A stretch of DNA of 42,602 bases from an uncultured Candidatus Saccharibacteria bacterium (GCA_964610795.1 CAZSWG010000001.1:1-42602), one strand, 5' to 3'; positions 16,158 to 23,800 are shown, numbered from the stretch's first letter. Program-made: numbers and translations. The notes: generated from the letters alone by a model not told the origin.

Positions 16158-16185
16158 ATTAAAGCATAGTTTTATTTAAAGGCAA
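16158..16185 (-). promoter_or_regulatory. Class-B promoter-like element, TTGCCT-N16-TTTAAT, with the ATG 8 nt downstream
   Basis: Minus strand reads TTGCCT ttaaataaaactatgc TTTAAT cttgaact ATG. No SD is present. The -35 starts 3 nt after the terL stop. Confidence 0.5.
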
Positions 16186-16188
16186 GTA

Positions 16189-17553
16189 TTAACCGACGCC
16201 CTCAATATATGGCTTTACTCCTCCTACGTCTTCCCCTGGTTGTATTTGTGTCGGTCTGCGGAAGCTTACTGCAAATATCCGGAACGCATCCGATCCGTGT
16301 GAAGCCCAATTGTGAAACGGACCCTTACGGTACACCATATTTTTTTCATCCCAATCCTTCTTATAATTTCTCAATGCCTGTAATCCTCTACTACACTTAT
16401 CTTTCTCAAACCAACATTGAGTAAAGATAGACCGGGCGGCATTGATGCCATCATCAATAGACAACTTTGGAGCTACCCTGAAGTCTATCCCGAGCTTTCT
16501 TGCTACTTCCTTCCTAGACTTACCAGTTCCAAGCTCGCGTACTTCTATGTCATGCGGTCCAAAGTGATTGCCGTATATATACTTTCGCTCTTGTAAAACC
16601 AAAGCATAATGAGCCAATCCCTCTCCGGAATTTTCATAGTAGTCAATAAACCGAATCTCCATGCCGGCAATCTGAAAGAACCAAATTGTCATAGAGTCAT
16701 CCATGCCTAAGTCCCAAGCAGTATGTACTGGCAAGCTCTGGTCATACGGCACTGACGTTATCCTTCCCTCCTGTTCCGCCTTCTGAATTGCCGCGCCATA
16801 ATAGGAACCGAGAACCGGAGCATCAAACGAACAATAATACTCTTGATTGATATACGCATTTGCTTCTTCTGTACTTCTTCCACTTGCTTCAAACCGCTTA
16901 AGGGTATCTCCTTTAATATCCTCCATCTGTTGTGCGCTAAATATATGCGTATCGTCTACCGTCAAGGTCTGAACAAACCACTTAGGATGATTTTTTGCAA
17001 ATTCAAAGAGCGACCGGGCATGATTATCTCCTCTCGGCGTCGTGTTAAATACTCCTATTCCGTCATTCTCCCGCAGGATAGGCTCTACAACGTCCCACGC
17101 ATACGGATCTTGCTCGGCCCACTCGGAAAAAACAATAAGTCTTGGATTTCCACCGCGAAGTGAATCCGGATGATCTGAACCTCCAATCTGAAACAGAGAA
17201 CCATTGAATATCGGAATCTTCATGGTAGTCTCATTGGGAATACCTTTTCGCATTTCAGAAGGAATATGCTCACGATACCTAAATCCATCAGCTCCTATAC
17301 CATCCCAAAGATTCTCACGACCCATTACAAGCGTGGGATAGACATACTTTACGAGGCACGGATCTTGCATTAAACGTCGCGGAACCACAGAAGCAATGTT
17401 TACTTTATCTTTTCCTGATCGCCGATGCCAAATCTGGTAAAAATACCGCTTCTGACTTCTTCCTTCAATTGCCGCTCTTACTTCATGTAAGAATGGTTTT
17501 TGATAGTCACGGGCTGTAAAATTGTAAGGAATATCAACATTGATCTCAATCAT
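16189..17553 (-). CDS. terL: Terminase large subunit
   Basis: 454 aa with a Walker-A-like WHRRSGKDKV and acidic nuclease-type motifs in the C-terminal half. It lies upstream of the portal. Confidence 0.85.
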   Translation of the reverse strand: MIEINVDIPYNFTARDYQKPFLHEVRAAIEGRSQKRYFYQIWHRRSGKDKVNIASVVPRRLMQDPCLVKYVYPTLVMGRENLWDGIGADGFRYREHIPSEMRKGIPNETTMKIPIFNGSLFQIGGSDHPDSLRGGNPRLIVFSEWAEQDPYAWDVVEPILRENDGIGVFNTTPRGDNHARSLFEFAKNHPKWFVQTLTVDDTHIFSAQQMEDIKGDTLKRFEASGRSTEEANAYINQEYYCSFDAPVLGSYYGAAIQKAEQEGRITSVPYDQSLPVHTAWDLGMDDSMTIWFFQIAGMEIRFIDYYENSGEGLAHYALVLQERKYIYGNHFGPHDIEVRELGTGKSRKEVARKLGIDFRVAPKLSIDDGINAARSIFTQCWFEKDKCSRGLQALRNYKKDWDEKNMVYRKGPFHNWASHGSDAFRIFAVSFRRPTQIQPGEDVGGVKPYIEGVG

Positions 17554-18043
17554 TTTTAACGTGGATAGTCACTTCATGTTCTTCTTGTGAACCTTTTGGA
17601 TATTTACTTTTGAGTTTATACGCCATGTCTATCGCATCCTTCCGGCTTCTGTTATCCGGAATGGCAAAATAGGCCCGAACCCATTGAGGATTGCGTTGAA
17701 CTCTTAAAAGTTTACAGCCAGCGACTTGATCCAAAATTTGCTTTATCGTTTCATCTGTCACCGCATTAGGAAAAGTATAGTGGTCTATCGTCATTGAAGA
17801 AAGAAGCTCATTGTGCTTCTTAGAGAGAAGATCGTCTGGCAAATTTTTCTCCATCAATTGTTCCCATGAAAGAGTCTGTTTAACCTTCTGTGGAGTTTTC
17901 GCGTATGACTTTGTATAACCAGCTTTTATCATCAATCTACCGAGAGGAGATTTTCCACCATCTTCAGACAGCAACTTTATCAGAAGGCGTTGGCGAAGCA
18001 AATCTTGAGGCTTATCCTTTCGAACTTTACCGTTCTTATTCAT
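17546..18043 (-). CDS. terS: Terminase small subunit (putative)
   Basis: 165 aa, overlaps terL by 8 nt, and has a basic HTH-like N-terminus (LLRQRLLIKLL..GKSPLGRLMIKAGYTKSYA). Confidence 0.55.
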   Translation of the reverse strand: MNKNGKVRKDKPQDLLRQRLLIKLLSEDGGKSPLGRLMIKAGYTKSYAKTPQKVKQTLSWEQLMEKNLPDDLLSKKHNELLSSMTIDHYTFPNAVTDETIKQILDQVAGCKLLRVQRNPQWVRAYFAIPDNRSRKDAIDMAYKLKSKYPKGSQEEHEVTIHVKND

Positions 18044-18077
18044 AAAGAGTTTGGTTTATATAAGCATAATGATAAAG

Positions 18078-18359
18078 CTACTTTTTGGCAACTTTTTCCT
18101 TTGGCTCTTCCCTCTTTGGTGTCCTGGTATAAGTAATTTCATCGTTCGCTAAATTATAGCTGATACTCTTAGTCCACTCTTTACTAGGCTCTGTATCTAT
18201 CCCAAGACGCTTATATGCACCGCCAAGAATGACGTTTTTATAAATCTGCATACCATCAAGCGCAGCGTTTGAAGCGGTAATACCAATATGGAGGCTCTGC
18301 AATTTATCATGCTCTTCCTTTGAAAATGAGTATTTTTTAACAATAGGTTGTGGTTCCAA
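18078..18359 (-). CDS. Hypothetical protein (TTG start with a strong SD)
   Basis: GAGGAGGAA lies 6 nt upstream of the TTG. The overlapping ORF 18197..18460 is judged spurious. Confidence 0.5.
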   Translation of the reverse strand: MEPQPIVKKYSFSKEEHDKLQSLHIGITASNAALDGMQIYKNVILGGAYKRLGIDTEPSKEWTKSISYNLANDEITYTRTPKREEPKEKVAKK

Positions 18360-18377
18360 GAATAGTTCCTCCTCTCT

Positions 18378-18632
18378 TTAGATTCCCCTAAGCTGAACAA
18401 AATATGTTTTGTTAGTAATTGGATAAGCCCTTCGTATATATCCTTTCTTAACAAGAACATTGATAGATTTTATAGCGGTAAAATCTTTAATTCCTTCTCT
18501 GGTCATTTTTGTAATAATTTCCTTTAGTGGAATAGGTGTCTTTTTTCGGTGAACCCAACTGTCAACAACTTTCATTATCTCTGTCTGTAATTTATTTAAC
18601 TCATTGATACTTACATAGACAGTGTGAGACAT
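18378..18632 (-). CDS. Winged-helix-like DNA-binding protein
   Basis: PIPLKEIITKMTREGIKDFTAIKSINVLVKKGYIRRA has a wHTH character. Confidence 0.45.
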   Translation of the reverse strand: MSHTVYVSINELNKLQTEIMKVVDSWVHRKKTPIPLKEIITKMTREGIKDFTAIKSINVLVKKGYIRRAYPITNKTYFVQLRGI

Positions 18633-18748
18633 AGAGGATACTTCGCTAAGTATAACATACTAATCAAGCAAGCGTTTTAAGAGGATGAAATATATGGCTT
18701 ACTTCTTTTTAGAGAATCGTAGGTCAATACAGGGACTTGTTTTTGAAG

Positions 18749-19111
18749 CTAACTATTAAAAATGGCTATACAGCCTTCTAAATCCCAAAACTTGCTCGCG
18801 TTGATCTCACACAAACTCTTGTCCTCGGGCATTAGGGCATCTGTAAATCCTTTGACTAAATTATCCAAGTCCGGCTTTTGTTTATGATATTGTTTATTCA
18901 TTTTCGCTTTCTTTTTCTTGCTCCACGACTCCGGCATAGGAAGACGGAAAAGAATATCCAACGTATCACCAATTTTATATCGCTTTTGTTTGGCAAGTAA
19001 ATTCAACCTATCCTTATACGCCCAATACTCCGCGACCGACTTCCTCCCGGCCCAAGCATCGGACCGTACCATGCGGGGCTTTGCTACTGGTGTGATATTA
19101 AATAAAATCAT
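18749..19111 (-). CDS. rusA: RusA-family Holliday junction resolvase
   Basis: ITPVAKPRMVRSD and KPDLDNLVKGFTDAL (the D-x-D-N motif of RusA). The start is taken at ATG 19111, which has a GAGGA upstream. The track's TTG at 19162 has no SD. Confidence 0.8.
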   Translation of the reverse strand: MILFNITPVAKPRMVRSDAWAGRKSVAEYWAYKDRLNLLAKQKRYKIGDTLDILFRLPMPESWSKKKKAKMNKQYHKQKPDLDNLVKGFTDALMPEDKSLCEINASKFWDLEGCIAIFNS

Positions 19112-19166
19112 AATCTTCTCATCCTCAGCCTCTCCAAAACCCACAAAAGAGGCCGAAGTCAAAAGA

Positions 19167-19928
19167 CTATTCTACTTTAATCTCTTTCACTACTTCCGGT
19201 TCTTCTAAAACCTTCGCGGCAATAACCTTTTCAATCGTTTCATTCATCATGTCTACCATGTCACGAAGAAACTGAAACTCTCCAATATCTGTAATAACGA
19301 TCGGATCATCAGCCTCATTTTTCATAATACTAAATGATACAACCCAACTCTTACCGTATGTCGTTTCTACCTTTTGCGTATTCATTTTTACCAGTAGAGC
19401 AAACAATGGAATTGCTACTGGACGTGCATGGGTATATTTACCCGCTTCCTTCCCGAAATTCCAAAGATTTTGTAGCTTTGTACCAGTGAAATACATGATA
19501 AATGGCCGTTGATCTCCTTCATTGATGATTACACCAGAAAGAATTTGATTAAATACATCTTTTTGTCCACTCATTCCTTCCGCACGAAATCCCCGACTGA
19601 TTGTTAAGATATGTACCACGACTTCCTTAAATTGCTGTTGTGAAGGTTTGTAAAAGAAATAGCCATCGGTCGGTTCTGTACCATCGGCCAGCGTATTTGT
19701 TGTACTCTTACCTGTAGCATGTATCTTAAGCTGCGGAAGATCGCTCCCAAGATTCTCCGAACCAACACGCGCATTATCGTTATAGAGCTTCACAAGTTCT
19801 GGATTATTAGCAATCGTCGCTAATTCATTCTTCACCTGTTCCATAACGACTTTTTCCTTAAAGTCCTCGTCAAGTATGTCTTTTTTTAATTTATCTGCTT
19901 CTTCTCTCGCTTTGTCTATCCCTGCCAT
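19167..19928 (-). CDS. Hypothetical protein in the recombination block
   Basis: Start taken at the ATG preceded by GGGGGTGAG. No motif recognised. Confidence 0.5.
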   Translation of the reverse strand: MAGIDKAREEADKLKKDILDEDFKEKVVMEQVKNELATIANNPELVKLYNDNARVGSENLGSDLPQLKIHATGKSTTNTLADGTEPTDGYFFYKPSQQQFKEVVVHILTISRGFRAEGMSGQKDVFNQILSGVIINEGDQRPFIMYFTGTKLQNLWNFGKEAGKYTHARPVAIPLFALLVKMNTQKVETTYGKSWVVSFSIMKNEADDPIVITDIGEFQFLRDMVDMMNETIEKVIAAKVLEEPEVVKEIKVE

Positions 19929-19945
19929 AATTTTCTCACCCCCTT

Positions 19946-20332
19946 TCAATAAACTATCTCCACTCTACACAAATCTCCACATCCTATTGCTAGCTTCGTA
20001 GCCACAGAGAGGTCGGCGATCCGGCTATATCGCCCAAATCCTCCGGTGTCCGTAACTGTCGCTACGACGCTAGCTCCCGTCTTACTGTTCCGGATGGTCA
20101 CGTTCTTGTTGAGAAGTTTGTACTTCCGGACAGTAGAAGGGATCATAGCAAGCGTCAACCGGCGATCATCCAGCCGTTGACCATTCGCCATAGTGAGGGT
20201 TTTACTGCATCCCAGGCATCCGGTTTCGGAGTAATAGCTTGCAGTTCCAGTCCAAGTGATTGCCTTAATTTCCTGAGGATAAAGTAAATAACAAAGCAGT
20301 ATCAGTATCAGGTATCGTGGAGAAGTCTTCAT
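19946..20332 (-). CDS. Secreted RlpA-like double-psi beta-barrel (DPBB) protein
   Basis: Signal peptide MKTSPRYLILILLCYLLYPQEIKA. GTASYYS...TMANGQRLDD...VTIRNSKTGASVVATVTDTGGFGRYSRIADLS is collinear with the RlpA/3D-domain consensus (G-x-ASWYG...TA-x-GE...V-x-V-x-N...V-x-V-x-DRGP...DLS). Confidence 0.7.
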   Translation of the reverse strand: MKTSPRYLILILLCYLLYPQEIKAITWTGTASYYSETGCLGCSKTLTMANGQRLDDRRLTLAMIPSTVRKYKLLNKNVTIRNSKTGASVVATVTDTGGFGRYSRIADLSVATKLAIGCGDLCRVEIVY

Positions 20333-20338
20333 ACCCGT

Positions 20339-20368
20339 ACTCTATCAAACAAGCGGTAGTTTTGTCAA
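20339..20368 (-). promoter_or_regulatory. Class-A promoter TTGACA-N18-TAGAGT, with the ATG 6 nt downstream (leaderless geometry)
   Basis: A 29-nt block TTCTTGACAAAACTACCGCTTGTTTGATA is identical to the one at 23376-23404. Confidence 0.65.
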
Positions 20369-20384
20369 GAACCTAATTATCCCG

Positions 20385-20585
20385 TTATAAAGAGCTTTTT
20401 TCTTCTGACAATTTTTGTCGTGCGGCAACCCCTAACTTAGAGAGTCGCTTAAAATAGTCCGGGCCGTATCGTTTCATCTTCGCTTTTGCCCCGCGCTTAC
20501 CGATTGCAGAGTAATGCTCACTCCCATACTTTTGTTTTGTGGTCATTCCGCCCTTCCGCGATATGGTCTTATGATCCATAGCCAT
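20385..20585 (-). CDS. Small basic KGG-repeat-like protein
   Basis: SRKGGMTTKQKYGSEHYSAIGKRGAKA resembles the KGG stress-protein repeat. ATG start preferred over the track's TTG. Confidence 0.4.
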   Translation of the reverse strand: MAMDHKTISRKGGMTTKQKYGSEHYSAIGKRGAKAKMKRYGPDYFKRLSKLGVAARQKLSEEKSSL

Positions 20586-20719
20586 AAACAATCATTAACG
20601 AAACGGAAAAATGTCTCTAATAACCCGTAGGAGCGTTTATTTTGCCCTTTCAAGATCATCTTCGGCAGATCCCGTCTCTTTTTATTATTATACTTCATTT
20701 CTTCAACGATGAGTTTCAT
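20543..20719 (-). CDS. Possible 58-aa ORF (not in the track)
   Basis: The ATG forms an ATGA overlap with the stop of 20716..21018. My translation is MKLIVEEMKYNNKKRRDLPKMILKGQNKRSYGLLETFFRFVNDCLWLWIIRPYRGRAE. Its 3' end overlaps the next gene out of frame, so the call is uncertain. Confidence 0.2.
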   Translation of the reverse strand: MKLIVEEMKYNNKKRRDLPKMILKGQNKRSYGLLETFFRFVNDCLWLWIIRPYRGRAE

Positions 20720-21018
20720 ACATTCTTATCTTCTTCTCCGCTATGCATTTTTCTAGCGGCAATATCTGACACCGCCTGGTAATATCCTTGGGCGTACATA
20801 TCTCCCTTGGTATAATCGTATGCTCGCTGTCGTAATTCCGTCACTATTTTTTTTATGATCTCTCTCCTCCCCTCTTCTTCCCATAGGAGCTTATGGCGGA
20901 CTATAAAGTCTTCTATCTTGTTGTAGAACTCTCCCATAGTTTCCTCATCAGGCCCATTGTCCCTAATTTTTTTCCATTGCTCTTCCCAATCATCTGCTCC
21001 TGTGGGTGGGGGGTTCAT
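20716..21018 (-). CDS. Hypothetical protein
   Basis: 100-aa ORF overlapping the methyltransferase stop by 4 nt. It is acidic and looks helical. Confidence 0.5.
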   Translation of the reverse strand: MNPPPTGADDWEEQWKKIRDNGPDEETMGEFYNKIEDFIVRHKLLWEEEGRREIIKKIVTELRQRAYDYTKGDMYAQGYYQAVSDIAARKMHSGEEDKNV

Positions 21019-21905
21019 AATAGTTTCATTGCTATTGCTGTTACAACATTTGTGGTGACAGCATTTCCCATCATCTTGTACCTCTGTGTATCGCTTATCA
21101 GTTCCCCGTCTGCTCCGTATTGAGTCCAGTTGTCGGGGAAGCCTTGTAGGCGTTCACATTCCACACAAGTTAAACGTCTAATCTGGTAGTTGCCTTCAGC
21201 AACGTACTGATTTCCGTGTTGATTTTTGGTGTAATGGACTGTAACCGCACCAGCAGTTTCGTTTTTTGGTGTCTTAGTCTGTGTGTTAATATCATCATTT
21301 TTTTGGCTGTCTGTTGTGATAGGAAATACTTCTGGTCTACGTGTTCCTCTAAGATGTCCGGTAATGAAGATGCGCTTCCTGTTCTGTGGAACCCCGAAAT
21401 CCTTTGAGTTAAGTACTTGCCATTGGAGGTCATACCCCAACTCATCAAGCGTGGCGAAGATGGTTTTAATAGTTCTTCCCTCGTCATGAGACAACAGTCC
21501 TTTGACGTTTTCCAGTAAACACAGTCGTGGTTGTTTCGCTTTGAGAATCCGAGCGATGTCAAAGAAAAGAGTTCCTCTGGTGTCGTCAAATCCCCGTCTT
21601 TTTCCAGCAATAGAGAAACTTTGGCAAGGAAATCCGCCACAGAGGAGGTCATGGTCGGGAATAGACTCTGCTGGGACTGTTCGGATGTCGGACTGGTCGC
21701 ACTCTCCGAAATGTTTTCTATAGACGGAGTTTGCGTACTTGTCCCATTCGTTTGAGTAAACACAGTATATCTGTTTCCTGTTCCCTTCATCGCTGATAAC
21801 GCCCCTATTATCTGATTTGGTGTTCTTAACAGTTTTTGATTGAAATACTTTTTCAATCCCATAATGAAATCCTCCTACACCAGCAAATAAGTCTATAAAT
21901 TTCAT
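21015..21905 (-). CDS. dcm: DNA (cytosine-5)-methyltransferase
   Basis: Motif I FIDLFAGVGGF, motif IV GGFPCQSFSIAGKRRG, motif VI ENVKGL, motif VIII QNRKRIFI, motif IX RRLTCVECERLQGFP, motif X GNAVTTNV. Confidence 0.95.
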   Translation of the reverse strand: MKFIDLFAGVGGFHYGIEKVFQSKTVKNTKSDNRGVISDEGNRKQIYCVYSNEWDKYANSVYRKHFGECDQSDIRTVPAESIPDHDLLCGGFPCQSFSIAGKRRGFDDTRGTLFFDIARILKAKQPRLCLLENVKGLLSHDEGRTIKTIFATLDELGYDLQWQVLNSKDFGVPQNRKRIFITGHLRGTRRPEVFPITTDSQKNDDINTQTKTPKNETAGAVTVHYTKNQHGNQYVAEGNYQIRRLTCVECERLQGFPDNWTQYGADGELISDTQRYKMMGNAVTTNVVTAIAMKLL

Positions 21906-21919
21906 TCATGCTCCCTTCT

Positions 21920-22150
21920 TCATACGGTAGGCTCCTCAACAATTGTTTCAACAGGCTTTGCGTTTTCTTCAAAGAGTGGTGAACCTTCTACGACATCAAA
22001 CTGGCGCTTTTCTAGGTACCCATGGCAATGAGGACACCTGTCGGGGTCTAGCATCTCTATGCTGATAAACGTCCGTCCTGATGTATAGCCAATAACTCTC
22101 GCTAGATTACCTTTCCAATAAAAAATATCGTTGGTTTTAACCTTCTTCAT
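21920..22150 (-). CDS. Hypothetical small protein with a CxxC-H element
   Basis: 76 aa, contains DRCPHCHG, ends VEEPTV. Confidence 0.5.
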   Translation of the reverse strand: MKKVKTNDIFYWKGNLARVIGYTSGRTFISIEMLDPDRCPHCHGYLEKRQFDVVEGSPLFEENAKPVETIVEEPTV

Positions 22151-22371
22151 ACGGTGGGCTCCTCAACCTTCAATAGGCATTTTTCGGGAATACCTGCTTG
22201 TTTCATGGCTTCAAAAATATCAGGAATAATGTCGTATGCGTGTGAGAATATCACTCCACATGGACATACGTAATAAGTGGCCTTCTTCATCCAGTTACTT
22301 CCAACTTGGTTGGTTCCTCCACGAATCCAGTTATGACTATCACCGTACCCTTTACCGCTTATATCACTCAT
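22147..22371 (-). CDS. Hypothetical small protein
   Basis: 74 aa, ends VEEPTV, ATGA overlap with the next gene. AAGGAG lies 5 nt upstream of the ATG. Confidence 0.5.
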   Translation of the reverse strand: MSDISGKGYGDSHNWIRGGTNQVGSNWMKKATYYVCPCGVIFSHAYDIIPDIFEAMKQAGIPEKCLLKVEEPTV

Positions 22372-22552
22372 ACTTACTCCTTTGTGTGATGCTCACGCTC
22401 TACAAGTCTTTTCTTTAAACACTTTTGACAAATAAGATAAATTCTATCTCGGGTAAACAATTTAACGGAATTTAAACTAAGATCAACTGATGGTTCATAA
22501 TAGAATGGAACATATAAATGCTTACACTCCTTCACTCACTTGGCTTGGGGTT

Positions 22553-22846
22553 TCATTCTAGTTCCTCCAACAGCTTCTTCTCCCAGCGATCCAGTTCCAC
22601 TTGCGCATCGGTGTAGGAGGAAATGGGCTTGGTGGATTTGATTTTACTTTTTATTTCTTCCATGATTAAAGGCATATATCCATCTAAAAGTTGAGGAAGG
22701 AAGAGATTTTCTTCGCTTTCATACTCAAAAGCGATTTCGGTGATAAGAGATCGCAAGGTCATTGAGAGTGTCATAGATATATTTTTAATAGTATCGCCGT
22801 TATCATCCCGACTACTATACCAAGTCCCAGTCCCATGCTTACCCAA
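22553..22846 (-). CDS. Hypothetical protein (start uncertain)
   Basis: 97-aa ORF whose first codon is TTG with no SD. The first internal Met is at residue 25. Confidence 0.35.
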   Translation of the reverse strand: MGKHGTGTWYSSRDDNGDTIKNISMTLSMTLRSLITEIAFEYESEENLFLPQLLDGYMPLIMEEIKSKIKSTKPISSYTDAQVELDRWEKKLLEELE

Positions 22847-22901
22847 TCATCATGCGTGTACCAGGGATGTTTAGTGGCATCGTATTTGGAATAGTATACT
22901 T

Positions 22902-23201
22902 TCATATTGTATCTGCTACCTTAAAATATCCCAGTGTATATTGTCCTCTTCCCCACTTGTCCATAAAACTTCTAAACCGTTCGGCCCTGTTCCAATCATC
23001 TATCTTTGCTTCTATCCATCCAAAAATATCCTGTCCTATGTCATTTTTCTTTTTATACCAATAGCGGATAATAAATTTCTTTCCCTTATATCCTTTGTCC
23101 GGAACCCCTACATAGAGTCCCTTTAACTCCGGATCTATTTTGTATCCGGGAACTAAAATTTTAGGAGTATAAAGAAGTGGTACATCCTTTTTTCTTTTCA
23201 T
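22902..23201 (-). CDS. Hypothetical protein
   Basis: Start taken at ATG 23201 (MKRKKDVPLLY), preceded by AAGGAGAAATAT and overlapping the upstream stop (ATGA). Confidence 0.5.
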   Translation of the reverse strand: MKRKKDVPLLYTPKILVPGYKIDPELKGLYVGVPDKGYKGKKFIIRYWYKKKNDIGQDIFGWIEAKIDDWNRAERFRSFMDKWGRGQYTLGYFKVADTI

Positions 23202-23365
23202 ATATTTCTCCTTATGTAAAACACCATAGCCCTCCACTCTTTTGTTTGGTAATTCACGTCATACTTTACATTGAGAATAGAAAGTTTAGTCGCGCCGGTT
23301 ATAAAAGAAGAAACACGCTTTTTGAGGTTCTCTTTGTCTTTATCAATGAAGCTCTTGAGATTCAT
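23198..23365 (-). CDS. 55-aa ORF, probably leaderless; not in the ORF track
   Basis: The ATG lies 6 nt after the -10 of the class-A promoter. My translation is MNLKSFIDKDKENLKKRVSSFITGATKLSILNVKYDVNYQTKEWRAMVFYIRRNI. Its stop overlaps the next ATG. Confidence 0.45.
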   Translation of the reverse strand: MNLKSFIDKDKENLKKRVSSFITGATKLSILNVKYDVNYQTKEWRAMVFYIRRNI

Positions 23366-23371
23366 ACGGAG

Positions 23372-23401
23372 AGTATATCAAACAAGCGGTAGTTTTGTCA
23401 A
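23372..23401 (-). promoter_or_regulatory. Class-A promoter TTGACA-N18-TATACT, with an ATG 6 nt downstream
   Basis: Minus strand reads TTGACAaaactaccgcttgtttgaTATACTctccgtATG. It contains a TG at the extended -10 position. Confidence 0.7.
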
Positions 23402-23436
23402 GAAGAAAGAAATGATAATACCCAAAAAGAGATTCA

Positions 23437-23452
23437 CCCCCCCTACCCCCCC
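23437..23452 (-). other. G7-TA-G7 tract on the coding strand (C7-TA-C7 on plus); potential G-quadruplex or slippage-prone tract
   Basis: Plus strand reads cacccccccTAcccccccTcc. It is intergenic, about 35 nt upstream of the class-A -35 box. Confidence 0.7.
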
Positions 23453-23611
23453 TCCTTAAAAAAACGGCGGGTAGTAGAGACGAATCCCTAGACTTCTCTT
23501 CCATTCAGCTCGTACTATTGATTTACGATACTGCTTTTGACTTAGCCGAGAAGCAGGCATCACCTGTCACTGTTACTTTTTTAACGTCGCTTCAGCGCTT
23601 ACCCCTACGAC

Positions 23612-23800
23612 TTATGCTTTTGTCTTCAATCTATACACCAACTTCGGATCTTCTACTAATGTATAGCCTTCCAGCTCCAGAAACTCCAACAGAACCTTCT
23701 TTAATTTATCAGCCCGGGGAATATCCCTATTCACGGTCGCATCCCGAAGGTTGTCCAGCGCTTCCTCTACATCCTTGACGACTTTAGTAGTAAGGTTCAT
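23612..23800 (-). CDS. Hypothetical small protein
   Basis: 62-aa ORF, charged and helical in appearance. Confidence 0.45.
   Translation of the reverse strand: MNLTTKVVKDVEEALDNLRDATVNRDIPRADKLKKVLLEFLELEGYTLVEDPKLVYRLKTKA

Noticed and set aside
18633-18748. Candidate promoters lie upstream of the wHTH gene: TTGACC-N17-AAGTAA and an extended -10, TGTTATACT.
   Set aside because: The hexamers are poor or the -35 is missing, and several alternative registers are equally weak. I was not confident enough to annotate any of them.
21170-21862. A 230-aa alternative-frame ORF lies inside the cytosine methyltransferase gene. Several plus-strand ORFs at 21216-21755 also lie antisense to it.
   Set aside because: The annotated frame contains all canonical C5-MTase motifs in order. 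The other frames have no recognisable features.
22374-22535. A possible 53-aa GTG-initiated ORF lies in the 22372-22552 gap, with a CKH...CQKC zinc-ribbon-like pattern.
   Set aside because: It has a non-ATG start without an SD and no coupling to the upstream gene. It is plausible but not supportable from sequence alone, so it was left out of the feature list.
23460-23611. I checked the longest non-coding stretch for a tRNA or small RNA on both strands.
   Set aside because: I found no cloverleaf. There is no GTTCRANYC T-loop with a flanking 5-bp stem, and the only decent stem (CTGCTT/AAGCAG) has a 14-nt loop. A covariance-model scan (tRNAscan-SE, Infernal) would be decisive.
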